From contig OZ336878.1 in the NCBI GenBank assembly GCA_965287045.1, positions 105,586,001 to 105,650,000 of the forward strand: DNA of 64,000 nucleotides. The letters run 5' to 3'. Shown here in pieces: positions 12,137 to 26,352 of this stretch (positions are counted from its first letter, which is position 1; every line of letters starts with the position of its first letter). The stretch is from Carcharhinus amblyrhynchos. Its lineage: Eukaryota. A program made the position numbers and the translations under genes. The notes beneath the pieces are model-generated. The model made no database searches and had not been told where the DNA came from. It saw only the letters and a program-made list of their open reading frames with translations.

Positions 12137-14001
12137 AACGGGTAAATTTTCAGTCACGCCTCCCAAGCCTCTAATTCCCCAAGCTCTCAAAGAAGAAAGA
12201 AGGAGTACAGTTACAATTTCGGGTGACGCGGATGAGAAACTATTTCACCAATTGGATCGCTTCTCACCTGCGGTCAGTAGTTAAGAAACATCAACTTTAG
12301 CCTGCTTTTACACAGTGATTTTCTTCGTTGCAGCACGTTTCTCTGCTGCTCAAATGCAAGCTCAAATGTGTAATCTGCCTGCCGTGTATCCACGCTATGA
12401 GGCCAATTTTGGGACTAATCACTTGGTTTTCTCCTGCATGAGACAACTACCTACGCTGACGTTCCATGCTCAATCGACAGATTTTGTGCTTCATCGCATT
12501 TCCTGAGAAAAGTGTACTGTGTCGAATGTAGGGTAAAAAATGGCGACATGCGCAAGTGCGGTTGGTTCCCAATCTAAGCTCGAGCAAATCCACCGAGCGC
12601 TTACAGTGCTGGAATCCAACACTGACCTCTCTCCAACTGTTTCCTTTGTTTTGCATTACATGTCGTATATGGATTTCAGTACAGTTGAGATCTCATATAT
12701 GTAGACCGAAAACTTCAGTCATTGGCGGATCGTATTCCCTTGTCTGTTTGCGAAGACCATTTAAAGCCATCCCACAGGTGCAAAATTCGGATTTTTTCGA
12801 TGATTAGATGAGATTCTATGATGGAACAAATGATTTAGTATTGCCACATTCACATCGTGGCTCACTGACGTTTACTAGGACTTGTATAGATTCAGACAGA
12901 ACTGCGCAGAAAAGCGATACAAAATATGACGGGAACGGCGAGGACTTGAACTAAAGGGAAACATGGTAATAGCCCCCTTTGCATTTCCGTTGGCCATCGC
13001 TCGGCGTGTCAGAATCGACTGTCTATCCGCCTTCACACTTTCTTATCTGACACTTTTGTTCTGTTTTGTTCAATTTGGCATACTTGTATCTCGTGAGAAT
13101 TCCCAGAGAGGAAACTCTAACAACATGTGTTTTATCTTTCTGTATTCTCACGTTTTGAACTTCAGTATGGAGGAGAGCCAGTGGAGAAATGGTATTGTCA
13201 CTCTATGCTCTGTGGACCCATGTTTCAACTTCAATATGGCAAGTAGTGAAACTTTAATTCGATAGCAATTTGGCTTAAAAAAAAATCTAAACATGTTCGA
13301 GTTTGCTCAATTGTTTGAAAACCAATCTTGGGTACCAAATTTCTTCAGTGAAGTCAATCGATCATCCTTACCTCATCGAGCACCTCCACCAAGCGCAGAA
13401 GATCCACTTTACGAGCATGAACAACTCGATGGAATTGTTCGTTCTTGTAGCAAGACGCGAACTTGGGATTATTCAGCAACTGCGACCTACTTGCCTAATA
13501 ATATTTAACAGCGGACACCTCCCTTTCCTGCCCGCATGTGCGGACCAGTTCAATGAGGTTAGTGATTTCCGTACTCGGCAAAAAAAAGATGATAACGTGA
13601 TTTTTGATTTTATCAACTAATCTTTTGGACGTATATTTGACTCAATCAAACAGCGTACTGCTTCCATTGTTAGCAGTGGGCGAAACTCGATTTGTTTTTT
13701 TTTAATCAGCCAACCTTTTCAAAACTAAAACAAAATAATACGCATCATGTTCAAGCCTTTATCGTTAAAAAATGCACATAAACTTGCAGAGCCGATTTTT
13801 TTCCGCGCACAATATCGTAGATAATCGGTGTTGTCTTGCCAAATAATCAGTTTTTTTATTGTTCCTCGTATTGTTATAGGTTGAAATACTGGATTTCTGC
13901 GTTGGACGTAATGAATGAATAGAAAGTGATTTGGAATGATATTTCATTTTTCAGCAATCTTCACCTTGTGGACGATAAATTTTCTGAAAATCATTTTCTA
14001 C

Positions 14002-14028
14002 CTAAAATTTTACTATTCCTTTCCAGAT
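14002..14028 (-). CDS. Microexon G4, 27 nt, (D)LERNSKIL
   Basis: ttctttattttcag|ATCTGGAAAGGAATAGTAAAATTTTAG|gtagaa; similar to G2. Confidence 0.6.
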   Translation of the reverse strand: MWKGIVKF

Positions 14029-15161
14029 CTGAAAATAAAGAAACGGTTCAATATATTCGATTTCCTATGTAATTTAACTTCGATTGTGAAGCAGGAAATG
14101 TGAAGTACTGGGAAATATTCGCCAATAGATCATTTAAAGTAACATTTTTAGACTTAACATTTAATATTCATGCATCAATGAATCTACTTGTATTCATGCG
14201 GTGCCCATTGTGCAAATCAGAGGTGAAATGTGGAAGTCTTTACCTCACTGAGCACGGGCATTCATTTAAGTTTGTTTACACATGTATACACGAGAGAAAA
14301 CATCTATTTATTTTTCAAACGGGGAGAATCAATTTGATGACAACTGGGTGTTGGGGATCATAAATATCGCAACTGACCTGTCCATTACACAGAACTGATT
14401 TGATGCTGTATACTTATGCAACATAAGGTTATGTGTATACATTTCAGTGAACATCCGTACATATATCAATAATGCTTGAGTTCCACCTTCATGGATCTTT
14501 CCACTGCATTTGCTGATTGTCAAAAATCGGAATTAAAATTAATTTAATTAAAGGGATCCAAAAGCAAAAATATTTACGGTCCTCCTTTTTATGAGACAGT
14601 TGATTGTGGAATTTAAAATCAATAGTGAGAATTAATTTCCCTGTCAATTTTCCGGGTTATATCAATTTTAGCCTGCCTCCTGAATCAGAATTTAATTTCT
14701 TCTTATTCTGTATCTTTTTAAGTATTAGGTTTGTTGGCATATCCAAACGCAATTCTTCTTGTAGCGATTTTTCTTCTGTTCTCTCATAAATAATTAATTC
14801 ACTCATGGGCCCTATTTCATGTTGGTGAAGATAGGTTACTTATATTCAATTATCTATAACGAAATAATCTAAAGAAATAATACCTCACTGAATGTATACT
14901 AATATTTATTTAAAAAATATTGGCAAATTCAAATCAAGAATTTGGCCTGGGACGACGACATACTTATTTATCTTGGAACTTTTAAATCGTGTCGGGGGAA
15001 GGACTAGAGATCGATGTTGAGTATGTGGAACTGTTAATATCCTTCTCATGAAAAATCACGATAATCCCCTTTGCAGTAAAAAGGAAAGTGAATAATATTT
15101 TATCGAAATCGGTGATAGTTCAGGAGCATAACTGCAACTTACTCTTTTGAGAGAAGATTAC

Positions 15162-15185
15162 CTTTAAAATGTATAACGTTTTCCA
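15162..15185 (-). CDS. Microexon H4, 24 nt, (V/M)ENVIHFK
   Basis: ttttgttttaccacag|TGGAAAACGTTATACATTTTAAAG|gtaatc. Confidence 0.65.
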
Positions 15186-15879
15186 CTGTGGTAAAACAAA
15201 ATAGAATGTCGTCTAAATAAGTAAATAAGAAATGTTAATTTTACATTTTGTCTATCTTGCTGAGAATGGCAAAATGTGTCATCGGCACATGACAGTAACT
15301 GTCATTATTTTTCAATCCTCTATTTTGTTGTGAACTGGGAGGCAACAAGTAATTCCAACTTGACCTTGGTTGAGGTTCAGTGTGTAATATGCCCTCTCGT
15401 CATGAAATGCATCTTGACAAGCTGCTGCAATAATTTATGTGCGCCACCTGGCCGTCACCTTATATGTTTCTTCATTCCTTTGCCAGACATTCCGAGGGGT
15501 TTAACTCAAATGCAATGAAAATGTCACGAACAGAATCACTTTTTTTTTGGTGGTGGAATTATAACAGGTCTAGGTTGAGCAACGTGTATCTGTTTAAGGA
15601 TTCATGACGGTCAATGGGCGACTAACATTTTTGTCTCTGTTCATAGAATCTTAGCTTTACCTTCTGCTCCAACTCTGATTGTTTTAAATTCTCACTATTT
15701 ACGGATTTCCCTTCATGATGTACATTGACAAAAACTGAACTGAAAATTGTTTAATGAACCTGAATGCACAGATTGAAATGTGGTAGAAGCATGTACAATT
15801 ATTAATAATACTACATCTGATTTTCAGCAAGATTTGGATGCTGTATGGTTGTATTTAGTGTGCTTCTTTCGGGTAAATA

Positions 15880-16155
15880 AGCACAGTGGAACAGTTGATT
15901 TCACTGCTGCCTCGCAGCGCCAGGGACCTGGTTCGATTCCTGGCTTGAGTTATGTCTGTGCAGAGTCTGGGTGTTCTCCCCATGACTGCATAGATTTTTC
16001 ACACGTAATCCAGTTTCCTCCCATAGTCCGCAAGAGTGTTAGTGAAGTGATTTGGCCAAGCTAAATTCTCCCTCAGTACACCCAAACAGTCGCTGGGGTT
16101 TTCGTAGTAACTTCCTTGATTTGTTGAGTAATTCTGCTTTTGACACAAATAAATA
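15880..16155 (+). mobile_element. tRNA-derived SINE, degenerate
   Basis: Head gcacagtgg..cactgctgcctcgcagcgccagggacctggttcgattcc with B box; body shared with 42812 and 62575 copies. Confidence 0.8.
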
Positions 16156-16304
16156 ATAATTTTAAAAAAGTAAGTGAAGGATGGCGGATAACTCTTCATC
16201 GGACAATGCGATTGGAGGGTGTTACTCTCTTGTTACTGCATTAACGTATTTCAATTTCATAACTGATATAGTTAACTGACGAAATAATGCTTAGAATTTA
16301 AGTT

Positions 16305-16615
16305 ACGTGGGTGGCATTGTGGCACATTTCTCAGCACGGCTGCCTTACAGCGCCAGACAGTTGGGTGTAATTCCAAACATTCGTGTATAGCTGGTACATG
16401 CACTCGCCATTTTCGAAGTTTCCTCAAGTGTTTCAGTTTCCTTCCGGAGTCCAGATATGTGCAGGTTAATTTGATTGGCCCTGCTAATATGTATTTAGTG
16501 TCAAGCAGATTAATATCGTAAATATCTCGGTTATAGTGAGAAGGCGTGTGTTGAATTGTTCTCGGAGCACACTAAATTTGCCAAATGGACTCCTTCTGCA
16601 CTGTAGGAATTATGT
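16305..16615 (+). mobile_element. tRNA-derived SINE with CR1-like tail, degenerate
   Basis: Same head as the other SINEs; tail ccaaatggactccttctgcactgtagg. Confidence 0.75.
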
Positions 16616-16725
16616 GATTCCATGATACAACAGTATAACAATTTGGAGCTGGTAAACAACGAAATATAACTTTGCAAACACTTTTGATTGCAGAAAAAAA
16701 AACATAGCTATATCTGATACTTCAC

Positions 16726-16752
16726 TGAATTTAGCCTTGAGATTCCCATCCT
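16726..16752 (-). CDS. Microexon I3, 27 nt, (E)DGNLKAKF
   Basis: ttctctttgtttacag|AGGATGGGAATCTCAAGGCTAAATTCA|gtgaag; strong acceptor, weaker donor. Confidence 0.5.
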
Positions 16753-16956
16753 CTGTAAACAAAGAGAACGAAATATTATGCACCAGGGAATTGAATTGCA
16801 TGGACGAAAATAGTCAGCTCCCCTCATTGACTTTGAAAGAATCAACATTGTTTGTGTGTTACTGTTATTCTTTTAACGGTCTCTCCAAATGAATAATTGC
16901 GCCTTAAAAATGCGAGATCGCATCGTTAGGTGCGGATCTGTATACAGATCAGCTAC

Positions 16957-16983
16957 CTAAAATTTTACTTCAGCTGCTCAATT
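16957..16983 (-). pseudogene. Decayed G-type microexon copy
   Basis: Shares AGTAAAATTTTAG|gtag with G4; acceptor AG lost and in-frame TGA present. Confidence 0.45.
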
Positions 16984-18884
16984 TAAAAGATTGTTCAGAA
17001 GTGAAAAATTAAAAATACAGTCTCTATCCTGAGATTAGTTAGCGGACTTTTGAAGTTGATTTGTTACTTGAAGACCCAGCGTAATTCGGAAGAGGGTTTT
17101 TCGCTGATGATTGCACAATGGTACACACGATTCCTTTCTTTTCACGTAGTGAAACAACTTTCAATCTTCTTTCACCAATAACTGGACGGTATTCAGAATT
17201 CGACTGGAAAGTGGAAAATAACATAGACATTAATGGATTTGCAGGGAACTATTACTCCAGTGACTAAAAAGAATATTTGAGTTTTTCCTTGAAAATTCCT
17301 GTCCATCGCTGACAAAACAGGTATCAGTAGGATGCTACCATGGGTTTTTTGCCTGAAATTTTGCGAATCCAAAATAATCAAGCTCCTTGTTAAAACCCAT
17401 TATACCAGAACAATTAACACACCATCAATCAAGTTACAAAATCCACCGACAGTGCACAAATGACCAAGGCGTATTAAAATCTAAGTGTGCAAGGGAAACT
17501 CTCCGTCACTCTTTCCGGAGCACCTTCCAAAGTCGTAACCTCAAACAATTAGAGAGTCCCTTACTGTAACTTCTATTAAGTTGAATAGTTTAGGAAATTC
17601 AGGTCATGATGCAGAAAAAAAGCAGATTCAGAAACAAAAATCTAGCTGATCATGTAGTCCCGCGACAAAAAAAAGTACTGCACGATTCAATTCTGGTCAA
17701 ACATCAAATTGATAAAGTATTATTGAGTTTGAATTCTTCGGCATGCTCTTGGGTCAAGAGTGATCCACGAATATGAGCTTGCTGTTGAACCAAACATATA
17801 CGGTGGTTACCACAACAACAAATAACCATGGTAGTATGGTTTTCATGCCTGTGTAATAACATGTTTCAAGGCCAAATGTTTAACGTCCCTTCGATCATTT
17901 CGAAAAAAAACATGCCATGCGGTTCCGCTTTCTCAGAGGAATCATGGTGGCCATACACGGCCAGATATTGCTGTTAAACGTCTGACAATAGACTGCACAA
18001 TTAGATGGGATCCCACGTTTTGAGGACTCAACAATCTGTCTATAAGTATTCAGATAAGATTTAAGCATCCTGTTTGGATTTCTCCAAAGAGATGGTCGCT
18101 GAATTCTGTTTGTATCAACAGCTTGATGGCTGATATGAACACAGTTAAAACAACCAAACCGTATAAATTATTGTATTTTCAGAAAAAAAAGTGCCAGGCA
18201 CTGGAATATACACACTGAATATTGTATTTGGAGACTCCCAGTTACCTCCCCCCTGCATCACTCATGGGCAAAGATAAAATGATTAAAATGACTAGATGCC
18301 GGAACTTAATGTAGATGCGGTGAATCAGAATTTGGTGGACAAACACACACCAAATGTGAACATGCTGCTCTACAGTTGTGGAGAGTAGCTTAGATATTCT
18401 GTTTTCTTGGGAGAATAATAAATAATTTAATTTGATATTTCATGCAATTCCTGCTATTAAACTAGAAATGTCTAGTATGGATATAAACGCAGTTTACAAA
18501 AAAAAATGTTGGCCAATCAATTCAAATTGCGAATTTGCCATTAAAAGCAGATCTTAGAATATTCCAGTTTTGGTACACTTTAGCACACCAGTGTGTTTTC
18601 TTTTATTTTTTTTTCCGTTGATTGCTCTGTGTTTGTCCAGCAAATCCTGTTTCATTGCATTTATGTTGTAAAGACTTAAAGAGTTTAAATTGCTGTTGAT
18701 GAAAGACGATATCGTTCTGTAAAATGCTTTTTCATATTTGCACTTTGTATAACGTATATTCACCATAGATTCCATTTTGGAGATGCTTTTGTTGACAGTG
18801 TTGTGCCAAGAGTGGACGGACATATCTGGTCAGGTCAAACCTTGTTGATGTTTTAGATAATGGGTGAAAATATTTCATTCCTAC

Positions 18885-18911
18885 CGGAAAATTTATGCAA
18901 TGCCTTTAAAT
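18885..18911 (-). CDS. Microexon G2, 27 nt, (D)LKALHKFS
   Basis: cttcctacttttcag|ATTTAAAGGCATTGCATAAATTTTCCG|gtagga. Confidence 0.65.
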
Positions 18912-19593
18912 CTGAAAAGTAGGAAGTTTCCTTGAAGCGCAATATTCAGAATCATTAAAAATAATAATTCACGTTTTGTCATTAGCAATGGCCTATAACT
19001 CATAAGCAAGAATGACAAAAAGTTGTTGACCAATTAAACGATTAGATACAGCTTGGTGTATATCAACTGAGTCGAAATAAAAATAGAGGAAAGCAACACT
19101 CTTCGAGGCAAAATCATTTCTATTGTTGAGTTGCACACGGGGAAAACATGTTGTTCACGTTTGCCTTAGCAGTTTCACAGGTATGCTGATGCAATTGCAA
19201 TATTCTAGCTGTCATTAATTTATCTCTAATAATTGATTAGTTTTCCAATGTTCGTCATTCTTTCAGATTTGAATGGCTTTGGTATTCAAATGCCAAGTGA
19301 AATGAGATCAGTGCTAAAAATGAAAATATGCAAATCAGATTGCCGAATGACGGCCTCATATGTTCCCGCCTGTTTCAAACAATATAATTGAAACAATTTG
19401 GCTCAGGGCTACACGTGAAAAAAACAGTCTGAATCAAGGGAAGGAACTTGATCCATATGAAGAGCGTCGCGGGATTGCACAGTACAATGACAAGCAATGA
19501 ACACATTGTAAAGAAAAAATGTAATTTGCGTTAATATTAGAAACATTGCCTTTCTCGTCAATTATTGGGTACACAAAAATATTTGTCAATTAC

Positions 19594-19617
19594 CCGTAAT
19601 TTCCTGAATCTTTTCAG
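19594..19617 (-). CDS. Microexon H2, 24 nt, (A)EKIQEIT
   Basis: ggtctgtgtgttcag|CTGAAAAGATTCAGGAAATTACGG|gtaatt. Confidence 0.65.
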
Positions 19618-20104
19618 CTGAACACACAGACCACAATATACAAAATTATGTAAACAGTCAAATGCATGTTCTTGCAAGAGGATCACTTAAAATGACAATC
19701 GCTTTCTGAGTTTGATGTGTCGGTCAGATAGATTTTTAGCTTACAAGCACATTAAGATGAGACTTGATTAATGCATGAAAACTATGCATGTTGATTAATG
19801 ATATATTCTGGCATTTTGGAAATGATTTTCAAGGAAACGTGCGAGTATGCATGTTTTTTTTTCCCCCCCGCAATTATCAGAAGATATAATTTTAAATATA
19901 ATTTTAAAAATGGGAAAGGATAGCGGCGGATACACATGATAGAACAATATCTTGTTGAAGAGTCCCTTCGGGCCACTTGGGAAATCTCAGTTCGGTCACC
20001 ATAACCAAGAAGGAGATCGAAACAGACATTGTACTCAATCAGCGCAAGAGAGGTGCGCAAACACCTGTTCAGAAATTGAGTGTGAACAACAAAAATAATT
20101 GAAT

Positions 20105-21475
20105 TCAATTTAGTGATATGGAAGTTATTGGAGAAAACTCTTCGAGACAGGATTTACTCCCACTTGGAAATGAATGGGCGTACTGCGAAAGGCAACATGG
20201 TTTTGTGCGGGAAAGGTTGTGTCTCACTAACTTGATCGAGTTTCTCGAGGAAGTGACGAAGGTGATTGATGTGGGTAGGGCAGAGGATGGTGGCTGCATG
20301 GTTTTCAGTAAGCCCTCTGACAAGGTCTCGCATGATTGGATGGTGCAGATGATGAATTCGCATGGGATCAGAGATGAGCCGGCAAGGTTGATACTGAACT
20401 GGCTCGCTCATAAAAGACACAGGGTAGCAGTGGAAGGGTTTGTTTCTAAATGAACCGCTGTGACAAGTGGCGCTCTTCAGGAATCAATGCCGGGACCGTT
20501 GCTGTTTCTAATATATACATATAAATGATTTAGGGGAAAAATGTAACTGTTGTCATGAGTAAGACTGCGGATGACACAAAGGATGATGCATTTGCGGATA
20601 GTGATAAGGACCATCAGAGGTTACAGCAGGACAGAGGTCGGTTGGAACTTGGGCGGAGAGTTAGTAGATGGAGTTTAATGCGGGCAAATGTGAGGTAATG
20701 CATTTGGAAGGTCTAATACAGGGAGGACATATACAGTAATTGGTAGAACACGTGAGAATATTGATAGGGCTTGCGATCTAGGTATACAGGTACACAGGTA
20801 CTCAAAGTGGCAACGCAGGTGGAGAAGATAGTCAAGAAAGCACACGACATTCTTGCCTTCATCGGCCGGAGTATTGAGTTTAAAAATTGGCAAGTGAAGT
20901 TTCTGATTTATAGAACTTTAGTTAGCTGTCCTTGGAATATAGCATTCAACTCTGTTCGCCACACGTCCGGAGGGATGTGGAAGCTTTGGCAAGTGTACAG
21001 AAAAGATTTACCAGGACGTTGCCTGGTAGGGAAGACATTACCTATGAGAAGAGGTTGAAGAAAGTTGGTTTGTTTTCACCGCAAAGACGAGGGTTGAGGG
21101 GCAACTCGATTGAAGTCTTGCGATTATGAGGGACATGAACAGTGTGGATACTCAGAATGTTTTTTTTCCCAAGGTTGGAAGAGTCAGTTCCTAAGGGCAC
21201 AGACATAAGGTGCGAGAGGCTAGGTTTAAGGGAGAATTACGAGGCAAGATTTATTTTTACACGGAGGGTGGTGGGTGCCTAGAACTCGCTGCTGGAGTTT
21301 TAGTGGAAGCAAATATGACAGTGATTTTTAAGGGGTGTTTTGACAAAAGCATGAATAAGATGGGAATTGAGGGATATGGTCCCCAGAAGAGTAAGGAGAT
21401 TCACTTCAATGGGGCACCATGTTCGGTGTAGAGTTGGAGGTCCTGTTCCTGTTCTTTAATTTGTTTTGTTCTAGA
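20105..21475 (+). mobile_element. Degenerate 5'-truncated CR1 LINE
   Basis: QHGFVRERLCLTNLIEFLEEVTK, gcggatgacacaaag (ADDTK) and EYSIQLCSPH..QKRFTRTL, with frameshifts. Confidence 0.9.
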
Positions 21476-21649
21476 CACTTTAAAAGATGATTAGAATGAT
21501 ACTGTGCAATTAGAATTCATTCCTATTAAGATATCTAACAGGAATAAATGGGCCCCTAACTCAAGTATTTTTTTAGGGGGACAACTTCCTTATTTGAGGG
21601 GGAGCTCATTTCAGGATGCCTCGGGCCCATGGTTTTCTCCTTATCAGTA

Positions 21650-24600
21650 TGTGCAAAATGAGGGATAGATGGCCATAAACAATTCGCCGAACCGGAATTC
21701 AGAGCTGGATCTTCATCTGAAATTAATGAAAAACAATTGTGACGCTAGGCGATTCGTGGAAAGCAAGTTTAGCATTTACCGCAGCTGAGGATTGCACAGG
21801 CAGAATAGGAATGGGTGACCATCATGGACAACAAAAAGCAGAGGAAGCTAGTTCAGGAATCCCCAGTAGTCACCCCCTTCTCAGATAAATACACAACTTT
21901 GGATCATTTCGAGGAATTGTCCTCTCAGGGGAGAACAGTAACAGACAAATTTGTGGCACTGTGGCTGTGTTACTATTTGACGGTCGAGGGGAAAATTAGT
22001 AGCATGTTATAATTATACGGAATTCAGTAGCTCGGCACCGACAGGCGCTTCTGTCCCTGCGACAGTGAGTCAAGAATGGCATTTTGCTTCCTGAAGCCAG
22101 GTTCCAGGATGCAATACATTCGTTCATTCCAGTAGGAAAGAGAAAAATAACAAGGGTCGTGGTTCACATTGATACAAAGGACACAGTTAAACTAAAGTAC
22201 ACCTATCTATAAGGTGAGTACAGGATGTTAAGATATAAATCACAATGCAAGGTCTCACTATAGGAATCTCAGGGTTTCTTCATTTTTCGCGTGCGAGAGA
22301 GAGCAGGAACACGATGTTGCATCAAATGAAAATGCGTTTGGAGAAATTGTGTAGCCAAGATGGATTCCGATTCCTGAAACGACAGGACCGGATTGGAGAT
22401 GATGGACTTATACAAAACGGAGAGGCTTCACCTAAGCAGAGCTGGCACCAATGTTCTTGTCGGAATTTTAGCCGATTCTGTCGGAAAGTATTTAAACTAG
22501 TATGACAGGTGATTAGGATTCCATCATTTAGGTCAGCTGAGTCAGATTCAGTTCAGAAATAATGAGGCATAACATTCGTAGAAAATTGCGATGCCCTTGG
22601 AATAGGAGGAGAAGAGCCTTTTAAAATGTGTCCAACAAGTCGACGTGACGGGGTTATCTTGTTTATACTTGAATGCACAGAGTATAAAAGACGGAAAATA
22701 CCAATAATGGTGCAAAAATCAATTGGATTTTTGAGGAAGCATGATATACTAAACTGATCAGCAACCTCTGAATCATGAGTTGAGCGTAGCAGTAAAGAAA
22801 GGGCAGGCACTCTATTGAGAGTATTCTATCGACCAACAAATATTGAAAAGGAAATGTTGAAAAAAGCAAACTTCTTGTTGTAAGACCAAGAAAGCAAGCA
22901 GAATAGGAACTTTCAGCTGTGCAAATATTAACTGAGATTCAAAAAATGTAACGAACACTGAAGGCACAATAAATCATGTTGTCTTCGAAGGATTTTTTCA
23001 ATCGATTAGCGATAAAGCCAACGATAGGGCAGACAATATCTGAACTAGTGTTCGGGAGCGATAGGAAAAAAACATGGGTGAACTGAGAGTGGGCGACCAT
23101 AATGGGGATATTGATCACAATTCAATTAGATTTAGCATTATCATGTAAAAAGGCAGAGACAAATCAGGGTTAACATATTCGGCGAAGGAGCTTTCTGCAG
23201 GAGTTTGAACGGACTCGGCTGATGGGGACTGAAAAGTATTGCTGGCGGGCAAAACAGTAGGAAAGCATTGAACATTGAAAAGCGAGATCCAAACGGGGGA
23301 AAAAAATAGACATGCCACCTCCAGAAAGACGAATCATACTGTCAAATGTAATGCGCCGTTGTTGGCTAGAAGAATGCAGGGATGCACAAACAGGAAGATA
23401 AAACTTAAAATGGGTGCAGTGAATTAAACATTGCCGATAGCCCAGACGACTACTGCAAGCGCACTTATGAAGCTAAAAAAAACAAAAATATTTTTTTCAG
23501 ATAGAGGCTATCAAAATATTAGCAAATCAGTGCAAGGAAAACGGAAACATTATAAAGATAAAGCTGAATTAAGGAAAATGTTGGGGATATCATAATTGAA
23601 GGAGGGCATTTTGCGTCGGGGCAGAGACTGAGGGAAGAGTTTTAAACTAATATTTCACCTCCGTCGTGTTTACGAAGAGCAAAAAAAAAACCGCAGATAT
23701 AATTGCTTATCAGGTTTCATTTTCGGCATTCGACGGAATAACAATTACGAGGAGGAAGAACTCGAAGGGTTGGAATACTGAAAACTTAATAACCCCTTCG
23801 GGCCAGATCGTTTTTTTTTCCCAAGGCTACTGAATGAGATCAGGGTGGAGATGTCAAATGCCCTCAGGGGGGGTTCTCCAATCCAAGTAGATACAGAGGA
23901 GGTACAGGAGAACTTGAGAAATGCAAAAGCCATTTCACTGTTTCATAACGAATTGAATGAACTGCCAAGCAATTATAGGCCAGTTGGCCTTACCAAGTAA
24001 TGGTGGACAAATTATTACAATCAATCCACAGGGATAGAATTAACCGTTACGTACGAAGGCATGGACCATCTAGATTCAATAGCACAGATTTGCGAACAGA
24101 AAGACTTGTCTGACAAATGTGATTGACGTCTATGAGGGGGCGAGAAGAAATGGTTATGAAGCTCGTTCATTGCAAGCAATGTACATATATTTTAGCATGA
24201 AGGCTGACAAGGTCTGGCGCGGTACATGCGTCAAAAAAAATAGGATGCAGGCTTCTGTGGCAAATTGAACAGTGTGCATTCTTCGCAACAGAAAGTAAAC
24301 GGTAATGATTTATGAATGCCATTGCGAATGGAAAGCTGTATCAAGAGGTTTTCCACAGGGCTTGATGTTATAGCAAATGCGCAGACATAACCTGAGCATT
24401 TGGAAAAATAAAACAGAGCAAATATGACAGCACCTGTTTTGAATCTTGGGCTCAGATTTTCCAGCATTTTGTATTTTTTATTTGTTTAAAGTTCTAGCAT
24501 ATTCGGTAGCTTTCTGTTATGTTCGGAACAATTGTTTTCTGTTATACATTAACGATCTGGTTGTGAAAATGACAGGCACGATTGAGATGTTTGCAGAACA

Positions 24601-25235
24601 GTGGATAATGTAGAGCGTAGTTATAATTTCTAAAATGGCATAATTTGTTCCGAGTCTCACGCAGTAAAATGAAAAAATGATTTTAACATAGAGAAATACC
24701 CAAGGAAGGCACGTGGACAGGAGAACCGGGTATTGTGTTGTAGTACAATATGACAAGAAGTTCAGTGCCCTGATTGCGGGCGGAGAAATTACGGAGAGAT
24801 GTGGTAGGTTGTTTTTTTTTCTTGAACCTAACGAGAGCGAGGTGTGATTTGATTGTCGTGTAGAAAATAATCAGAGGAAGGGACTGGGGATATGATAAAA
24901 TTGTTCCACTCGGAGGAGAATTCTAGTGCCAGGTGCATACCGTCTAGATACGTGACAAAAGGTGCAAGGTTGACATGAGGACTTTTTTTCAGGCAGAGAG
25001 TGCTGAATGACTGGCGTTGGCTGCTCGAGTTGGAGTTGGACAAAAAGACACTTAACAGATGTTTAAAATAGGTGAATGTGTACCTCAAATGCTGTAAAGT
25101 ACGGGGCTGTGGGGATTGCAAAGAGTTGGAATTCGAAGGGACACCTGGTTGGCCTCATGTTGGCATGGAAAAGTTGGGCAAAATGGCCTCCTTCTTTGCG
25201 CGAATTTTCTATTTTTTTTCTCTTTCTGATGTTCT
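21650..25235 (+). mobile_element. Long, heavily decayed CR1 LINE (ORF1, endonuclease and RT remnants)
   Basis: ORF1-like remnant near 22030-22450 (GISGFL..DGFRFL); aattataggccagttggccttacc (NYRPV.LT) near 23970; CR1-like 3' end near 25180. Confidence 0.75.
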
Positions 25236-25372
25236 TATTTATTTCCCAACTGCTTGACTTATATCACTACAAATTGTATATTCAATGAAGCTGTGCATAT
25301 GAATAATTACAGATATAAAGTGAACAATGGTTGATTTTTAGCATAATTAATCTATTTAGTTGAATGATTTAC

Positions 25373-25399
25373 CAAGTTGATCTCGCAGGAATTTATTAT
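25373..25399 (-). CDS. Microexon I1, 27 nt, (D)NKFLRDQL
   Basis: tttatattgtgtttcag|ATAATAAATTCCTGCGAGATCAACTTG|gtaaat. Confidence 0.7.
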
Positions 25400-26352
25400 C
25401 TGAAACACAATATAAAGTTGACCAAATATGTAATGCATTCAATGTAGGTAACATATTGTATGGATTGCATTTCTTGTAATAATGACGGCTCTGTTCTAGT
25501 GTTTTCTTTAAATTTTACTTAGTGCATCGCGGCTTCCAAATAACATTAAAAAGTCGTAACCAGGATTGAACGTCAATACAACAAAGCACTACACTTCTAA
25601 TGTAAACAGTAACAAAATGCCTGCACGTAACGGTTGATGTGCGGTGTTTCAGCAATATTTTCATGAGTCTGAGAAGCATATAGGGGTATTGCCCTTGAAA
25701 CATGCCATCAGACGTTGCCAGCAAAGACAATATAAAGACGTTTTGGACAAAAACTCAAGTAATGCAAGATTATCTGGAACAGTAGTCCTTTAAAAAATGA
25801 ATGTCAAAATATTACAACTCAATTATCAGCCTTCAAGTTGCACTGCAAGTCAATTATCACTTTCGCTCAATTTGAACATTTCTGACTTACTCAAATTGAA
25901 GAATTGTCTTTTTTTTTCTCTTGACTGTCGTGAATAATAATACCTTGTATCCCTCATATACTGATTCCGTCCAAGTGGCCTAATATATGTCTCAGTCAAA
26001 ATTTCTCCGAACCATGTCATTTCATACTTCTAACTTCGTAGAATTCCTAGCAAAAGGGTCATTAATGGAACTAAGCTGTACTATTTAGTCCAGTCTCCGT
26101 TGAGGGGAGACAAAAACATATGAATGGCAACAAGGTCAAACTTTGTCTAACCTGTTTTGCTTCAGTTTAGTGGGTAACAGTGTAGTAATTATCATTGAAA
26201 CATATTTTTCTAACAAATAAATACCAAAGAAAACCTAGAGACGGCTGTGATAAAATTGCCATGCGCAACCAAAAATGTCACTGTTTAATGTTTAACAAAC
26301 AACGAAGAACGACTGTCAATCAGAAGATCTAACATTTTATAATTTCCATCAC

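Noticed and set aside
13372-13494. Minus-strand exon candidate with a strong GAG|gtaagg donor
   Set aside because: Every plausible acceptor gives a stop in phase 1; no paralogue; cannot be placed in the array.
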